A DNA stretch of 64,000 bases from Thermoanaerobaculia bacterium (GCA_038230535.1 JBBRNB010000017.1:2728-66727), one strand, 5' to 3'. Positions 42,376 through 52,830 are shown, counted from the stretch's first letter. A program made the numbers and translations. The notes: generated from the sequence alone by a model not told the origin.

Positions 42376-43908
42376 ATGCTCGATCGAGACCGCCGGCGCG
42401 CCGAGCGACTGCGATTTCCTTCTCCGATCGAGGGACGTGTCGCTGAGCGGACGGTGCGCATCGTCGACATCGGCGTCCTCGGAACGCGCATCGAGCACGA
42501 TGAGCCGCTGGTGGCCGGGCCGCACACGCTGCAGTTCGAGTGGGAGGGGGAGGAGATCGCCATCGATTGCACGCTCCTCCGCACCGAGACCTCGGATGCG
42601 GCGTTCTTCAGCGGCCTGCAATTCGACGACCGCGGCCGGGTGACCGTCGGACGCATCGTCTCGACGCTGGCCGACCGCGACGAGATGGATCGCCTGCGTA
42701 CGCTGGTCGAAGCGTCGAAGCTGATCAATTCTTCGATTGAACCAGACTCGCTCTTCGCCTCGATCCTGACCGTGGCGCGCAATGAGCTGCTCGTCGACCG
42801 CGGCACGCTCTACTTCGTCGACGAACAGAAACAGGAGATCTGGACCAAGATCGCCGGCGAGCTGTCGAACGAGATCCGTCTTCCGATCGGAAAGGGTCTG
42901 GCCGGCACGGTGGCGGCGACGGGCGAGCCTTTGATCCTTCACGATGCCTACGAAGACCCGCGCTTCGACCGCTCGCTCGATCAGAAGACCGGCTATCGCA
43001 CCCGCTCCATGCTCTGCGTGCCGATCAAGAACCGCAGGCAGCGGGTGGTCGGCGTGCTGCAGTTGCTGAACAAGACCAACGGTTCGTTCGGACCGCGTGA
43101 CCTGGAGTTCCTCAGCGGCATCTCCGAACACATGGCCATCGCCATGGAGAACGCCACGCTGCACATGGAGTTGCTGGAGAAGCAGCGGATGGAGCAGGAG
43201 CTCAAGCTCGGCCACGAGATCCAGAGCCGGCTCCTGCCGTCGGCGCCGGTCGATGTTCGCGGAATCGAGCTGGGCGCGCTGAGTCTTCCCTGTTACGAGG
43301 TGGGTGGCGACTACTTCGATTTCATCGAGCTTCCCAACGGCGACCTCGGGCTGGCCATCGGCGACGTCTCCGGCAAGGGCGTCTCCGCGGCGCTGATCAT
43401 GTCCAGCGTGCAGGCGGCGCTGCGCGTGGCCGCGCCGATCGAGGAGGACCTGGCCCGCCTGGTGGCGCGACTCAACGCGCTGATCTTCCGCAGCGCCAGC
43501 GGCCGCAAGTACGCGACATTCTTCTTCGGCCGCTACACGCCGTCGACCGGGCTACTGCGATACGTCAACGCCGGGCACAACCCGCCGTATATCGTCGCCG
43601 GCGGGGAAATGACGGAGATCGGGTCGACGGGCAGACCGATCGGACTGCTCCCGGAGTCGACGTACACCGAAGGAACGGTGGAGCTGCCGCATGGCTCGAC
43701 GCTCTTCCTCTACACGGACGGTCTCAACGAAGCCGCCGGTCCTGATGAGGAGGAGTTCGGTAACGAGCAGCTACGTGAGCTCTTCCTCTCCCAGCGCGAT
43801 GCAGCGACGAAAGAGATTCCGAAGCGCGTGCTCGATGCGATCACGACCTTCGAGCGTGGGGCCAAGGCAACGGACGACAAGACGATCGTGGTGATGAGAA
43901 GGAGTTAG
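42376..43908 (+). CDS. PilZ-like N-terminal domain + GAF + PP2C-type (SpoIIE/RsbU-like) serine phosphatase
   Basis: The N-terminus has RRAERLR..DIGVLG (RxxxR / DxSxxG-like). A GAF domain follows. The C-terminal PP2C has GDVSGKG and a conserved Asp. Confidence 0.75.
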   Translation: MLDRDRRRAERLRFPSPIEGRVAERTVRIVDIGVLGTRIEHDEPLVAGPHTLQFEWEGEEIAIDCTLLRTETSDAAFFSGLQFDDRGRVTVGRIVSTLADRDEMDRLRTLVEASKLINSSIEPDSLFASILTVARNELLVDRGTLYFVDEQKQEIWTKIAGELSNEIRLPIGKGLAGTVAATGEPLILHDAYEDPRFDRSLDQKTGYRTRSMLCVPIKNRRQRVVGVLQLLNKTNGSFGPRDLEFLSGISEHMAIAMENATLHMELLEKQRMEQELKLGHEIQSRLLPSAPVDVRGIELGALSLPCYEVGGDYFDFIELPNGDLGLAIGDVSGKGVSAALIMSSVQAALRVAAPIEEDLARLVARLNALIFRSASGRKYATFFFGRYTPSTGLLRYVNAGHNPPYIVAGGEMTEIGSTGRPIGLLPESTYTEGTVELPHGSTLFLYTDGLNEAAGPDEEEFGNEQLRELFLSQRDAATKEIPKRVLDAITTFERGAKATDDKTIVVMRRS

Positions 43909-43995
43909 GGGCTGAACGTCGGGTTTGGTGTATACGCGGCGGCGTCTCGCCGCCTCGAGCAGCAACCCTACTACCCGCAGATTAGCGTCGCATAC

Positions 43996-44190
43996 TCAAG
44001 GCTCGCTGTCCTCCTCGTCAAGAGAGGGGTCGTCAGGGTCGACCTCCATCAGCACGCCGTTGTGTCGGATGACCAGCGCGGTCTTGGTTTGACGGGCAAT
44101 CTCGCGCGCGCGATGCGCTGCGCGTAGCAAGGCTCGCGGCGCGGCTTGCATGTCTGGATTGGGCAGCTTCGATTCCAGTCGGACTCTCAT
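43996..44190 (-). CDS. Small acidic-tailed protein translationally coupled downstream of the zeta-like ATPase
   Basis: It overlaps the upstream gene by 4 nt. At 64 aa it is a possible antitoxin-like partner. Confidence 0.35.
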   Translation of the reverse strand: MRVRLESKLPNPDMQAAPRALLRAAHRAREIARQTKTALVIRHNGVLMEVDPDDPSLDEEDSEP

Positions 44191-44714
44191 CGATCGGATC
44201 CCTCTTCCAGCAGTCGTGGCTCCCAGTCGCTACTGTCGAACCATTGCCAATGATCAACCCGATCCCTGTAGACGTCGAGAAAGTTTCGCATGCCACTTGC
44301 GAATCGCCTCCGAATGACGTCCGGCGGGACATCGTGTCCTCCCTGCCGGGCGCGCATCGCGACGCGGGAGATGGCGTCGTCGACGGACTCGAGCGAGAGG
44401 AAGATCAGTACAACCGTGAAGCCCGCTTCGCGCCAGGCGTCAATGCGGCGCAGGTAGGTATGTCCGGACAGCGTCGTTTCGAAGGCGAAGCTGCGCCCGG
44501 CGGCGGCATGACGGTCAATCTCTTCCAGCATCATCCGGCCGGCGCGGAAAGCGGCCGCGCCGGGATCGAATGGGGAAAAGCCGGCGGCAATCAGATCGGC
44601 ATTGACGAAGACCGGCAGTCCAGCTTCGGCCGGCAGAAACTCGCGCGCGAAGGTGGTCTTGCCCGCGCCGTTCGGTCCGGCGAAGATGATGACCTTCTTG
44701 TCGGTGTGCGCCAT
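44187..44714 (-). CDS. Zeta-toxin / AAA_33-like P-loop kinase family protein
   Basis: It has the Walker A VIIFAGPNGAGKTT and an overall zeta-toxin-like architecture over 175 aa. Confidence 0.55.
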   Translation of the reverse strand: MAHTDKKVIIFAGPNGAGKTTFAREFLPAEAGLPVFVNADLIAAGFSPFDPGAAAFRAGRMMLEEIDRHAAAGRSFAFETTLSGHTYLRRIDAWREAGFTVVLIFLSLESVDDAISRVAMRARQGGHDVPPDVIRRRFASGMRNFLDVYRDRVDHWQWFDSSDWEPRLLEEGSDR

Positions 44715-44877
44715 GCGTCAGTCGTATACATGTTGTGGTCATCGAGGGGAAGAGCCGGCGTCATCTCCCTCCGATCGTTGCGTACGCCGCCGAGATGCCG
44801 GAAGGGAGCGGTCAGGGGCATGAAGGGGAAGTTATTCGACGTCAACGCGTGGATGCGCTGCTACCATTCGATGAAAG

Positions 44878-44960
44878 CTCAATGTTGACTGTTGAATGTT
44901 CAATGTTGAATGACCAAAGGCAGCGGGTGCCGGGCGTTCCATTCAACATTCAACATTTGC
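44878..44960. promoter_or_regulatory. Palindromic operator-like element: 3 direct TTGAATG(TT) repeats and 2 inverted CATTCAA repeats around a 27-bp centre
   Basis: Seen in sequence in the divergent region between the zeta-like operon and the Ser/Thr kinase gene. Confidence 0.4.
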
Positions 44961-45001
44961 AGTGCCTGCTCAGCCGGTCACACTCAACCTGAACAACGCC
45001 C

Positions 45002-47692
45002 ATGCTCCAGCCTGACGCAATGCTCGGCCCGTATCGAATCGTGAGCCTCATCGGCGAGGGAGGCATGGGCGCGGTGTATCGCGCCAAAGACACGCGGCTC
45101 GGGCGCGACGTAGCGGTGAAGATCCTCACAGCGCTCACGCTGAGCGATCAGGAGCGGGTGCAGCGCTTCGAGCAGGAGGCGCGCGCAACGGGGATGCTGA
45201 ACCATCCCAACCTGCTGACGATTTACGACGTCGGCAACGAGGGCGGTACGGCCTACATCGTCAGCGAACTGCTGGAGGGGGAGACGCTGCGCGAACGGCT
45301 GGAGCGCGGCCCGCTTCCGCCACGCCGCGCCATCGACGCGGCGCTGCAGGTCGCGAACGGTCTGGCCGCGGCGCACGAGAAAGGAATCATTCACCGCGAC
45401 CTCAAGCCGGACAATATCTTCCTGACTCGCGACGGACGGGCCAAGATCCTCGACTTCGGCATCGCCAAACTGAGCTCGAAGTCCGACGACGGCGGTCTCT
45501 TTCAGCACGCCGCCACGGAGCCGGGCATGGTCCTCGGCACAGTCGGCTACATGTCGCCGGAGCAGGTGAGGGGAGAGACGGTCGACACCCGCTCCGACAT
45601 CTTCGCCTTCGGCGCCATCCTCTACGAGATGCTGACCGGCATGCGCGCCTTCAAGCGGAGCTCGTCGATCGAGACGCTGAGCGCCATCCTGAAAGAAGAT
45701 CCGCCCGACATCGCCGATTCGCTGCCAAGCGTTCCGCCGGCGCTGGAGCGTCTCACCCGCCGCTGCCTGGAGAAGGACCGCGCGTTGCGTTTCCAGTCGG
45801 CGCGCGACCTCGCCTTCAACCTCGAGACAATGTCGTCGCCATCGACGCAGGGGACGTTCTCGAACGTTCCGAATCCCGGGCACTCGGCGACGATGCGGAT
45901 CCATCCCGACTCCGCAGCGCGGCCGACGGCTGCCACCGCCATCCGTCCCGTCACCTCGGCGATCCCGGCAACGATGCGCACGACAGCCCGGCCGGCGTTT
46001 GTACAGCCACGGCGCGTCTCGCCGCTTCTGCTCGCGCTGTTCTTCATCGCCGCGATCGGCGGCGCGGCGTTCGGCGGCTGGTACCTGGCGATGAACCGGA
46101 TGAAGGAGGAGGCACCGCCGGAGGTAGTCTTCCATCGGATGACGTTTCGCCGCGGCGAGGTGAGCTCTGCGCGCTTCGGCCCGGACGGCGACTCGATCAT
46201 CTACAGCGCGGTGTGGGACGGCAATCCATCGGAAGTGTTCGTGGCCAACCGTCAGAGTCCGGAAGCGCGGCCGCTCGGCGTGAAGGATGCCGACGTGCTG
46301 GCGGTCTCGAAGTCGACAGAGCTGGCCGTGCTCCTTCGCCGAGACCGTCTCACGGGCCTCGGCACGCTGGCGCGCGTCCCGGTCGCCGGCGGCACACCAC
46401 GCGAAGTCGCCGATCAGGTGCTGCAGGCTGACTGGTCGCCGGACGGCGCGAATCTCACTGCCATCTTCGGCGGGAGCGGGAAGTTCCGGATCGAGTCGCC
46501 GATCGGGCGCGTCCGCTACGAAACCCCGCATAAGTTGAGCAGCGTTCGCGTCGCAGCGGACGGCCGCATCGCGTTCATCGAGTCGTACACGGGAAAAGAC
46601 GACGTCGCTGTCCTCGATACGAAGTCGGCCAAGCCGGTCTCGATCGCGCGAGGGTGGAGTCACGGTGTCAACGGTCTGGCCTGGGCCCCCGGCGGCAAGG
46701 AGATCTGGATCACCGGTACCGACTCCGGCGCGCCACCCGCCCTCTACGCGGTGAATGCCGACACCGGCGATACGCGTCTGGTCAATCGTCTGACCGGCTC
46801 GATGCGCCTCTACGACATCTCGGCGGCCGGGCACGTGCTGCTGTCGAACGGAATGTGGCGGGCGGCGCTCGAGGTGCAAGCCCACGGCGAGACGGCCGAG
46901 CACGATCTCTCGTGGCTCGACTGGTCGATGCTGGCCGACCTTTCACGCGACGGACAGACCATTCTCTTCAACGAACCGCGAGAGGGCGGCGGCGCCGCCA
47001 GCGCGATGTATCTGCGCCGCCTCGACGCGCCGACGCCGGTGCGGATCGGCGATGGCTACGGCGACGCCATCTCGCCCGATGGCAAATACGTCCTGGGCCA
47101 CAACAACGCCAAGCTCGTCGTCATCCCCACCGGCAGCGGCGAAGCACGCGAGCTCAGGACCGATGGCGCGTTCGACTTCGGCGCAGCCTGGCTGCCGGAC
47201 GGACGGCGCGTCGTCGTGGCCGGCGCGCTGCCGAAGAAGGGCTACCAGCTCCACGTGATCGACACACTCGACGAATCGGTGAAGCCGATCTCGCCGGAGA
47301 ACATCTGGGGCGATGCCTCGCGGACGTTCGCGGTCTCACCCGACGGCCACTACGTTGCCGGGATGACGAAACAGCAGACCATCGCGCTCTACCCGGTCGA
47401 CGCCAACGCCGAGCCGTCCATCGTTCCGGCGATCGAGCCCGGCGAGGTACCGATCGCCTGGTCGGCCGACAGCGCATCGCTCTTCGTCTACCGCCCCACC
47501 GCCCTCCCCGCGCAAGTGACGCGTGTGACTCTCGCCACCGGTGCCCGCGAGATCTGGAAGCAGTTCTCCCCGACCGACCCCGCCGGCGTCTACAAGATCG
47601 CCCCGATCTGCATCACCCCCGACGGCACCGCCTACGCCTACGATGCCCTGCGGATGCTCGGCGATCTGTATGTCGCGGATGGGCTGAGGTAG
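45002..47692 (+). CDS. Ser/Thr protein kinase with TM segment and C-terminal TolB/WD40-like beta-propeller
   Basis: It has the kinase subdomains (GxGxxG, VAVK, HRDLKPDN, DFG) and a propeller-like C-terminal half. Confidence 0.9.
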   Translation: MLQPDAMLGPYRIVSLIGEGGMGAVYRAKDTRLGRDVAVKILTALTLSDQERVQRFEQEARATGMLNHPNLLTIYDVGNEGGTAYIVSELLEGETLRERLERGPLPPRRAIDAALQVANGLAAAHEKGIIHRDLKPDNIFLTRDGRAKILDFGIAKLSSKSDDGGLFQHAATEPGMVLGTVGYMSPEQVRGETVDTRSDIFAFGAILYEMLTGMRAFKRSSSIETLSAILKEDPPDIADSLPSVPPALERLTRRCLEKDRALRFQSARDLAFNLETMSSPSTQGTFSNVPNPGHSATMRIHPDSAARPTAATAIRPVTSAIPATMRTTARPAFVQPRRVSPLLLALFFIAAIGGAAFGGWYLAMNRMKEEAPPEVVFHRMTFRRGEVSSARFGPDGDSIIYSAVWDGNPSEVFVANRQSPEARPLGVKDADVLAVSKSTELAVLLRRDRLTGLGTLARVPVAGGTPREVADQVLQADWSPDGANLTAIFGGSGKFRIESPIGRVRYETPHKLSSVRVAADGRIAFIESYTGKDDVAVLDTKSAKPVSIARGWSHGVNGLAWAPGGKEIWITGTDSGAPPALYAVNADTGDTRLVNRLTGSMRLYDISAAGHVLLSNGMWRAALEVQAHGETAEHDLSWLDWSMLADLSRDGQTILFNEPREGGGAASAMYLRRLDAPTPVRIGDGYGDAISPDGKYVLGHNNAKLVVIPTGSGEARELRTDGAFDFGAAWLPDGRRVVVAGALPKKGYQLHVIDTLDESVKPISPENIWGDASRTFAVSPDGHYVAGMTKQQTIALYPVDANAEPSIVPAIEPGEVPIAWSADSASLFVYRPTALPAQVTRVTLATGAREIWKQFSPTDPAGVYKIAPICITPDGTAYAYDALRMLGDLYVADGLR

Positions 47693-47699
47693 CCGGGGG

Positions 47700-48125
47700 A
47701 GTTGCGCTTCGCGCGTTGTCTGCGCTTCGCGCGTTGACTGCGCTTCGCGCGTTGTCTGCGCTTCGCGCGTTGTCTGCGCTTCGCGCGTTGACTGCGCTTC
47801 GCGTGTTGTCTGCGCTTCGCGCGTTGTTTGCGCTTCGCGCGTTGTCTGCGCTTCGCGCGTTGTCTGCGCTTCGCGCGTTGTCTGTGCTTCGCGCGTTGTC
47901 TGGGCTTCGCGCGTTGTCTGCGCTTCGCGCGTTGTCTGCGCCCCGCGCGTTGTCTGTTGGCTCCTATCTTGCCTAACGCGCGACGAAGGAGCGCAGCCAA
48001 CGCCAAAGGCAGACAACGCGAAAGGCAGCCAACGCCAAAGGCAGACAACGCCAAAGGCAGCCAAAAGGCAGCCAAAAGACAGACAACGCAGAGCGAAGCG
48101 AGGCAAGACTCGAAGCAGTCCTATG
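47700..48125. repeat. Composite repeat cluster: ~14x18-bp direct repeats (TGCGCTTCGCGCGTTGTC) then degenerate inverted arm
   Basis: Seen in sequence. It belongs to the same core family as 41850-42350. Confidence 0.9.
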
Positions 48126-48192
48126 CAAAGCGGGGGGGGCACCGCTATACTGCGCCATCCATTTTTCAGAGGATCCGGGAGAGCAGGCACGA

Positions 48193-49257
48193 ATGGCGAA
48201 GGTGCAGGGTAAAAAAGCGGCTACCAGTCTGAAGAAAAAAGCCGCCACCAAAAAGGTCGCGAGCGGAAAAAAGAGCAAGAAACCGGCACCGAAAAAGACC
48301 GCGGCCGCGAAACCGAAAGCGGCCGTGAAGAAGAAGGCTCCGTCTCCGAAGAAGAAGTCCTCTCCGAAGAAGAAGCCTGCGCCGAAGAAAGCTGCTCCGA
48401 AAAAAGCTGCTCCGAAAAAGGCTGCGCCCAGGAAAGCCTCTGCCAAAAAGGCTTCGCCAAAGAAGGCCTCTGCCAAAAAGGCCGCGCCCCAAAAGGCCGC
48501 GCCGAAGAAGGCCGCGCCGAAGTCTGCTGAAAAGAAGGCGGTTCTGAAGGCCGCCGCCAAACCCGTTTCGAAGCCGGCCGCGAAGCCCGCCGCGAAGGCG
48601 GAGAAGACGGCCGAAGCGAAGGTCAGGACCGCAGCCAAGGCAGCAGCCAAGGCGGTTCTGAAGGCCGCCGCCGCTCCGGGCACTGCCCGTGTTGCCCCGG
48701 CTGACGAGAAGAAGCGCCGCCGTTCCCGTCCGCGTGTGACATCCAGTGGACCGGCTACGGCAGCCTGGTTCTCGCAGGGAGACCGTCCGCGCTCATCGTC
48801 GTTCATCCCCGCGCCACCCCGCGCCGAGGCACCGTCGCTCGTGGCTGCCCCTCCGGCGTCGTCCGATCGCCTCGTCGGATCGCACGAGCTGACCGAATTC
48901 GCAGTTCGCACGGTCCCGGTCCGCATCGACATCGAAGCCGGCGGCGGCCGCATCTACCTGACCATCAATCCCAACGAGACCACCCTCAAGGTCGGCGAAG
49001 GCATCGAGTGGGATTTCCGCTACCTCGGCGGCGCCGACGTCATCATCGAAGAGATGTTCATCGAGTTCGTCAAGCCTTCACCCTTCTCGCACACGGTCTT
49101 CCGTTCGCGCCGCCCCGGTGCCGCCCGCCCTCACCGTCAGCTCTCCGGTCCGGCGCTGACGTCCGCCGCCGGCAAGCGTCTTCAGTACACCGTCCGCGCC
49201 TTCAACGCCTTCAAGACCGAGATGGCGACGGCCACGCCGGAGTTGGTCGTCTCGTAG
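48193..49257 (+). CDS. Histone H1-like / AlgP-like nucleoid protein (KAAP/KKAA repeats) with unique C-terminal globular domain
   Basis: The N-terminal 180 aa are K/A/P-rich repeats (PKKAAPKKAAPKKAAP...). The C-terminal roughly 150 aa are not low complexity. Confidence 0.7.
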   Translation: MAKVQGKKAATSLKKKAATKKVASGKKSKKPAPKKTAAAKPKAAVKKKAPSPKKKSSPKKKPAPKKAAPKKAAPKKAAPRKASAKKASPKKASAKKAAPQKAAPKKAAPKSAEKKAVLKAAAKPVSKPAAKPAAKAEKTAEAKVRTAAKAAAKAVLKAAAAPGTARVAPADEKKRRRSRPRVTSSGPATAAWFSQGDRPRSSSFIPAPPRAEAPSLVAAPPASSDRLVGSHELTEFAVRTVPVRIDIEAGGGRIYLTINPNETTLKVGEGIEWDFRYLGGADVIIEEMFIEFVKPSPFSHTVFRSRRPGAARPHRQLSGPALTSAAGKRLQYTVRAFNAFKTEMATATPELVVS

Positions 49258-49261
49258 CTGC

Positions 49262-49460
49262 GCGTGCTTCGCCGCGCGTTGTCTGCGCTTCGCGCGTTCT
49301 CGGTTGTCTGCGCTTCGCGCGTTGAGGTTGGGCGATCTGCTACGGCATGGCCAGCTCAACGCGCGAAGCGCAGACAACCGACAACCGAGTACGCGCGAAG
49401 AGCAATATTAGAGAACGTGCGAAGCGCAATACAAAACAACGCGCGAAGCGCAATACAGCA
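49262..49460. repeat. Third member of the GCGCTTCGCGCGTTG / CAACGCGCGAAGCGC inverted repeat family
   Basis: Two direct cores lie on the left and three reverse-complement cores on the right, flanking a unique centre. Confidence 0.8.
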
Positions 49461-49461
49461 G

Positions 49462-52400
49462 CTACCTCGCGTGCTGTTCCTGCAGCGTAGTGATCGTCTT
49501 CAAACCTTCGCGCAGTGAACGGATGCCGTCGACGGCGGCGGTGGCGGCGGTGAGCGTCGTCAGGCAACTGATGCTGTGCTGTAGCGCGGTGCGGCGGATG
49601 TAGGTGTCGTCGTAGAACGACTTCTTACCCAACGGCGTGTTGATGATGAGCGTCACTTCGCCATTGATCATCCGGTCGACGATGTTCGGGCGCTCCGACT
49701 CATGGACCTTGAAGGCGAGCCCGGCTTCGACGCCGTTGTTCTGCAGAAAATCGCGCGTTCCGGACGTGGCGACGACCTTGAATCCGAGTTGGGCCAGGTC
49801 CTTCGCAAGCTGAACCACGACCGGCCGCTTGTCGTTGTCGTTGACGGACATGAACGCCGTGCCGTCCAGGGGAAGGTCGACGCCGGCGCCTAGCAGCGCT
49901 TTCGCGTAGGCTTCGCCGAACGTTGGGGCGGATCCCATCACTTCGCCGGTCGACTTCATCTCCGGACCTAACACCGTATCCTCATGCGGAAAGCGGCCGA
50001 ACGGGAAGACCGGCGACTTCACGAAATAGTCGGCCACACGCGGCTCATGGGTGAGTCCCAGCTCCTGCAGCGACATTCCCGCCATCACCTTCGCCGCGAT
50101 CTTCGCGAACGGTACGCCGGTGGCCTTGGAGACGTAAGGCACCGTTCGCGACGCGCGCGGATTCACTTCGAGCACGTAGAGGTCGCCGTGGTAGATCGCG
50201 TACTGCACGTTCATCAACCCGATCACGTTCAGCGCCTTCGCCAGTTGCACCGTGCGGCGGCGGACTCGATCCTGTTCGCGGAGGCCGATGATGTACGGCG
50301 GGATCACAGTCGTCGAATCGCCGGAGTGAATGCCTGCCTCCTCGATGTGCTCCATCACGCCGGCGATCACCACATCGTGACCGTCGGAGATGGCATCGAC
50401 GTCGAGCTCGATGGCATCCTCGAGAAAACGGTCGATGAGGATCGGATGACCCGGCGCGGCTTCCATGGCGTAGCCGATGTATTCGCGCAGGTTCGATTCG
50501 TCGTAGACGATGGCCATGGCCCGGCCGCCAAGTACATATGACGGGCGGACCACCACCGGAAAGCCGATGCGGCGGGCCACCTCGATCGCTTCCGCCTCCG
50601 ACCTGCCTGTGCCGTTCTCCGGGACCAGGATCTCGTGCTCGCGAGCCAGGGCACCGAATCTCTCGCGGTCTTCGGCGATGTCGATCGACTCGACCGACGT
50701 TCCCCACATCGGCACACCCGCGGCAGCCAGCGACTTGGCCAGCTTCAATGGCGTCTGGCCGCCGAACTGCACGATGACGCCCTCCGGTTTCTCGATCTCG
50801 ACGATCTCCAGTACATCTTCGAGCGTGAGCGGCTCGAAGTAGAGACGGTCGGAGGTGTCGTAGTCGGTCGATACCGTCTCCGGGTTGCAGTTGACCATGA
50901 TGGTCTCGAAGCCGATCTCGCGCAGTGCGAAGGATGCATGCACGCAGCAGGTGTCGAACTCGATTCCCTGCCCGATGCGGTTCGGCCCGGAACCCAGGAT
51001 CATCACTTTCCGGCGCGACGTCGGCTCGGCTTCGCATTCGCGCTCATAGGTCGAGTAGAGATACGGGGTCGTGGCCTCGAACTCGGCGGCGCAGGTGTCG
51101 ACGCGCTTATAGACCGGGCGAACGCCCAGGGCGTGACGCTGTTTGCGGACGTCGTCCTCGGATTGATGGGTGAGGTCGCCGATCTGTTTGTCGCTGAACC
51201 CTTCGCGTTTGAGCGCCAGGAGCGAGAGTGCAGAAAGTGTAGGGCCGCCGCCCTCGGCGGCCTGATTCTCGCGCGGCGCGAGGCTGTCCGCCGGGGGCGG
51301 CGGCCCTACACTCACCCCGGCAGCTACTGCTTTCTCCATCTCCACGATCTTCCGGATCTCGCGCAGGAACCAGCAGTCGATTGACGAGATGGCGTTGATC
51401 TCATCCACCGTCATTCCGGCGCGGAAGGCGTCGCCGATCGCGAAGATGCGCTCGGGCTGTGGGGTCCGGAGCAACGCCGAAGCTTTGTCCCGGTCGTAGC
51501 CGCGAGACTCCAGTCCGGCCACGCCGATCTCGAGCGAACGGAGGCCTTTCTGCAGCGCTTCGTTGAACGTCCTGCCGATGGCCATCGATTCGCCGACGGA
51601 CTGCATCGAGAGGCCGAGCGTCGGCTTGGTCTGGCGGAACTTCTCGAAGGCGAATCGGGGAATCTTCACCACGACGTAGTCGATCGCCGGCTCGAACGAC
51701 GCCGGAGTCTTTTTCGTAATGTCGTTCGGGATCTCGTCCAGCGTGTAGCCGGCGGCAAGCTTCGCGGCGAACTTCGCGATCGGGAAGCCGGTGGCCTTCG
51801 ATGCCAGTGCCGAGGAACGCGATACACGGGGATTCATCTCGATCGCCAGGCGACGTCCTGTGGTCGGATGAACGGCGAACTGGATGTTCGACCCGCCGGT
51901 CTCGACGCCGATGGCGCGGATGATCCGCTTGGCCTCGTCGCGCATGGCCTGGTACTCGGTATTCGTCAGCGTCTGCTGCGGCGCCACGGTGATGGAATCG
52001 CCGGTGTGGACGCCCATCGGATCGAGGTTCTCGATGCTGCAGACGACGATGACGTTGTCCGCCTTGTCGCGCATGACCTCGAGCTCGAATTCCTTCCAGC
52101 CGGCCACCGACTCCTCGACGAGCACGCGGTGTACCGGCGAGAGCTCGAGGCCGTGGCTGACGACGGACCGCAGCTCTTCGATGTTGTAGGCGATGCCGCC
52201 GCCGGAGCCGCCGAGGGTGAATGACGGCCGGATGACCAGCGGGTAGCCGATGCTGGCGGCGAACTCCTCGGCGTCATCCTCGGTGGCCGCATAGGCCGAG
52301 CGCGGCACTTCCACGCCGATCTCGATCATCTTCTCTTTGAAGAGCTGCCGGTCTTCCGCGGTCTTGATTGCCTCGGCATTCGCGCCGATCAGCTCGACGT

Positions 52401-52734
52401 TGTGACGAGCCAGGGCGCCGTTCTCGTACAAGGCCATGGCCAGGTTGATGCCGGTCTGACCGCCGACGGTCGGCAGGATCGCGTCCGGTTTCTCACGCTC
52501 GATGATCCGCTCCAGCGTCTCGGGCGTGAGCGGCTCGATGTACGTCCGGTCGGCGAGCTCGGGGTCGGTCATGATCGTGGCCGGGTTCGAGTTGACGAGG
52601 ATGATGCGATATCCCTCGTCCTTCAACGCCTTGCACGCCTGCGTGCCGGAGTAGTCGAATTCACATGCCTGTCCGATGACGATGGGGCCGGATCCGATGA
52701 TGAGAATGGAGTGTAGGTCGGTGCGCTTCGGCAT
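49462..52734 (-). CDS. carB: Carbamoyl-phosphate synthase large subunit
   Basis: It has two ATP-grasp halves, an oligomerisation domain and an MGS-like domain. The N-terminus is [30 protein letters not shown]. Confidence 0.95.
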   Translation of the reverse strand: MPKRTDLHSILIIGSGPIVIGQACEFDYSGTQACKALKDEGYRIILVNSNPATIMTDPELADRTYIEPLTPETLERIIEREKPDAILPTVGGQTGINLAMALYENGALARHNVELIGANAEAIKTAEDRQLFKEKMIEIGVEVPRSAYAATEDDAEEFAASIGYPLVIRPSFTLGGSGGGIAYNIEELRSVVSHGLELSPVHRVLVEESVAGWKEFELEVMRDKADNVIVVCSIENLDPMGVHTGDSITVAPQQTLTNTEYQAMRDEAKRIIRAIGVETGGSNIQFAVHPTTGRRLAIEMNPRVSRSSALASKATGFPIAKFAAKLAAGYTLDEIPNDITKKTPASFEPAIDYVVVKIPRFAFEKFRQTKPTLGLSMQSVGESMAIGRTFNEALQKGLRSLEIGVAGLESRGYDRDKASALLRTPQPERIFAIGDAFRAGMTVDEINAISSIDCWFLREIRKIVEMEKAVAAGVSVGPPPPADSLAPRENQAAEGGGPTLSALSLLALKREGFSDKQIGDLTHQSEDDVRKQRHALGVRPVYKRVDTCAAEFEATTPYLYSTYERECEAEPTSRRKVMILGSGPNRIGQGIEFDTCCVHASFALREIGFETIMVNCNPETVSTDYDTSDRLYFEPLTLEDVLEIVEIEKPEGVIVQFGGQTPLKLAKSLAAAGVPMWGTSVESIDIAEDRERFGALAREHEILVPENGTGRSEAEAIEVARRIGFPVVVRPSYVLGGRAMAIVYDESNLREYIGYAMEAAPGHPILIDRFLEDAIELDVDAISDGHDVVIAGVMEHIEEAGIHSGDSTTVIPPYIIGLREQDRVRRRTVQLAKALNVIGLMNVQYAIYHGDLYVLEVNPRASRTVPYVSKATGVPFAKIAAKVMAGMSLQELGLTHEPRVADYFVKSPVFPFGRFPHEDTVLGPEMKSTGEVMGSAPTFGEAYAKALLGAGVDLPLDGTAFMSVNDNDKRPVVVQLAKDLAQLGFKVVATSGTRDFLQNNGVEAGLAFKVHESERPNIVDRMINGEVTLIINTPLGKKSFYDDTYIRRTALQHSISCLTTLTAATAAVDGIRSLREGLKTITTLQEQHAR

Positions 52735-52830
52735 GAGGCGCGCGCATGATACAAGGTGACAGGGTCTCGCGGTGGTGGGGTCTTGCGGTGCCCGCCGCAC
52801 GGCCACTTCGCTTCGTGCTCCGCAACCACG

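Noticed and set aside
41894-42643. ORFs translated through repeat clusters (such as PGTALRAL x n, 47336-48190, 47973-48953, 38327-39169, 38505-39314)
   Set aside because: They are products of the tandem DNA repeats being open in all frames, and show no start or Shine-Dalgarno context. 38327-39169 and 38505-39314 are the alternative plus-strand frames of the 21-bp array. The minus-strand frame 38314-39213 is kept as a low-confidence feature.
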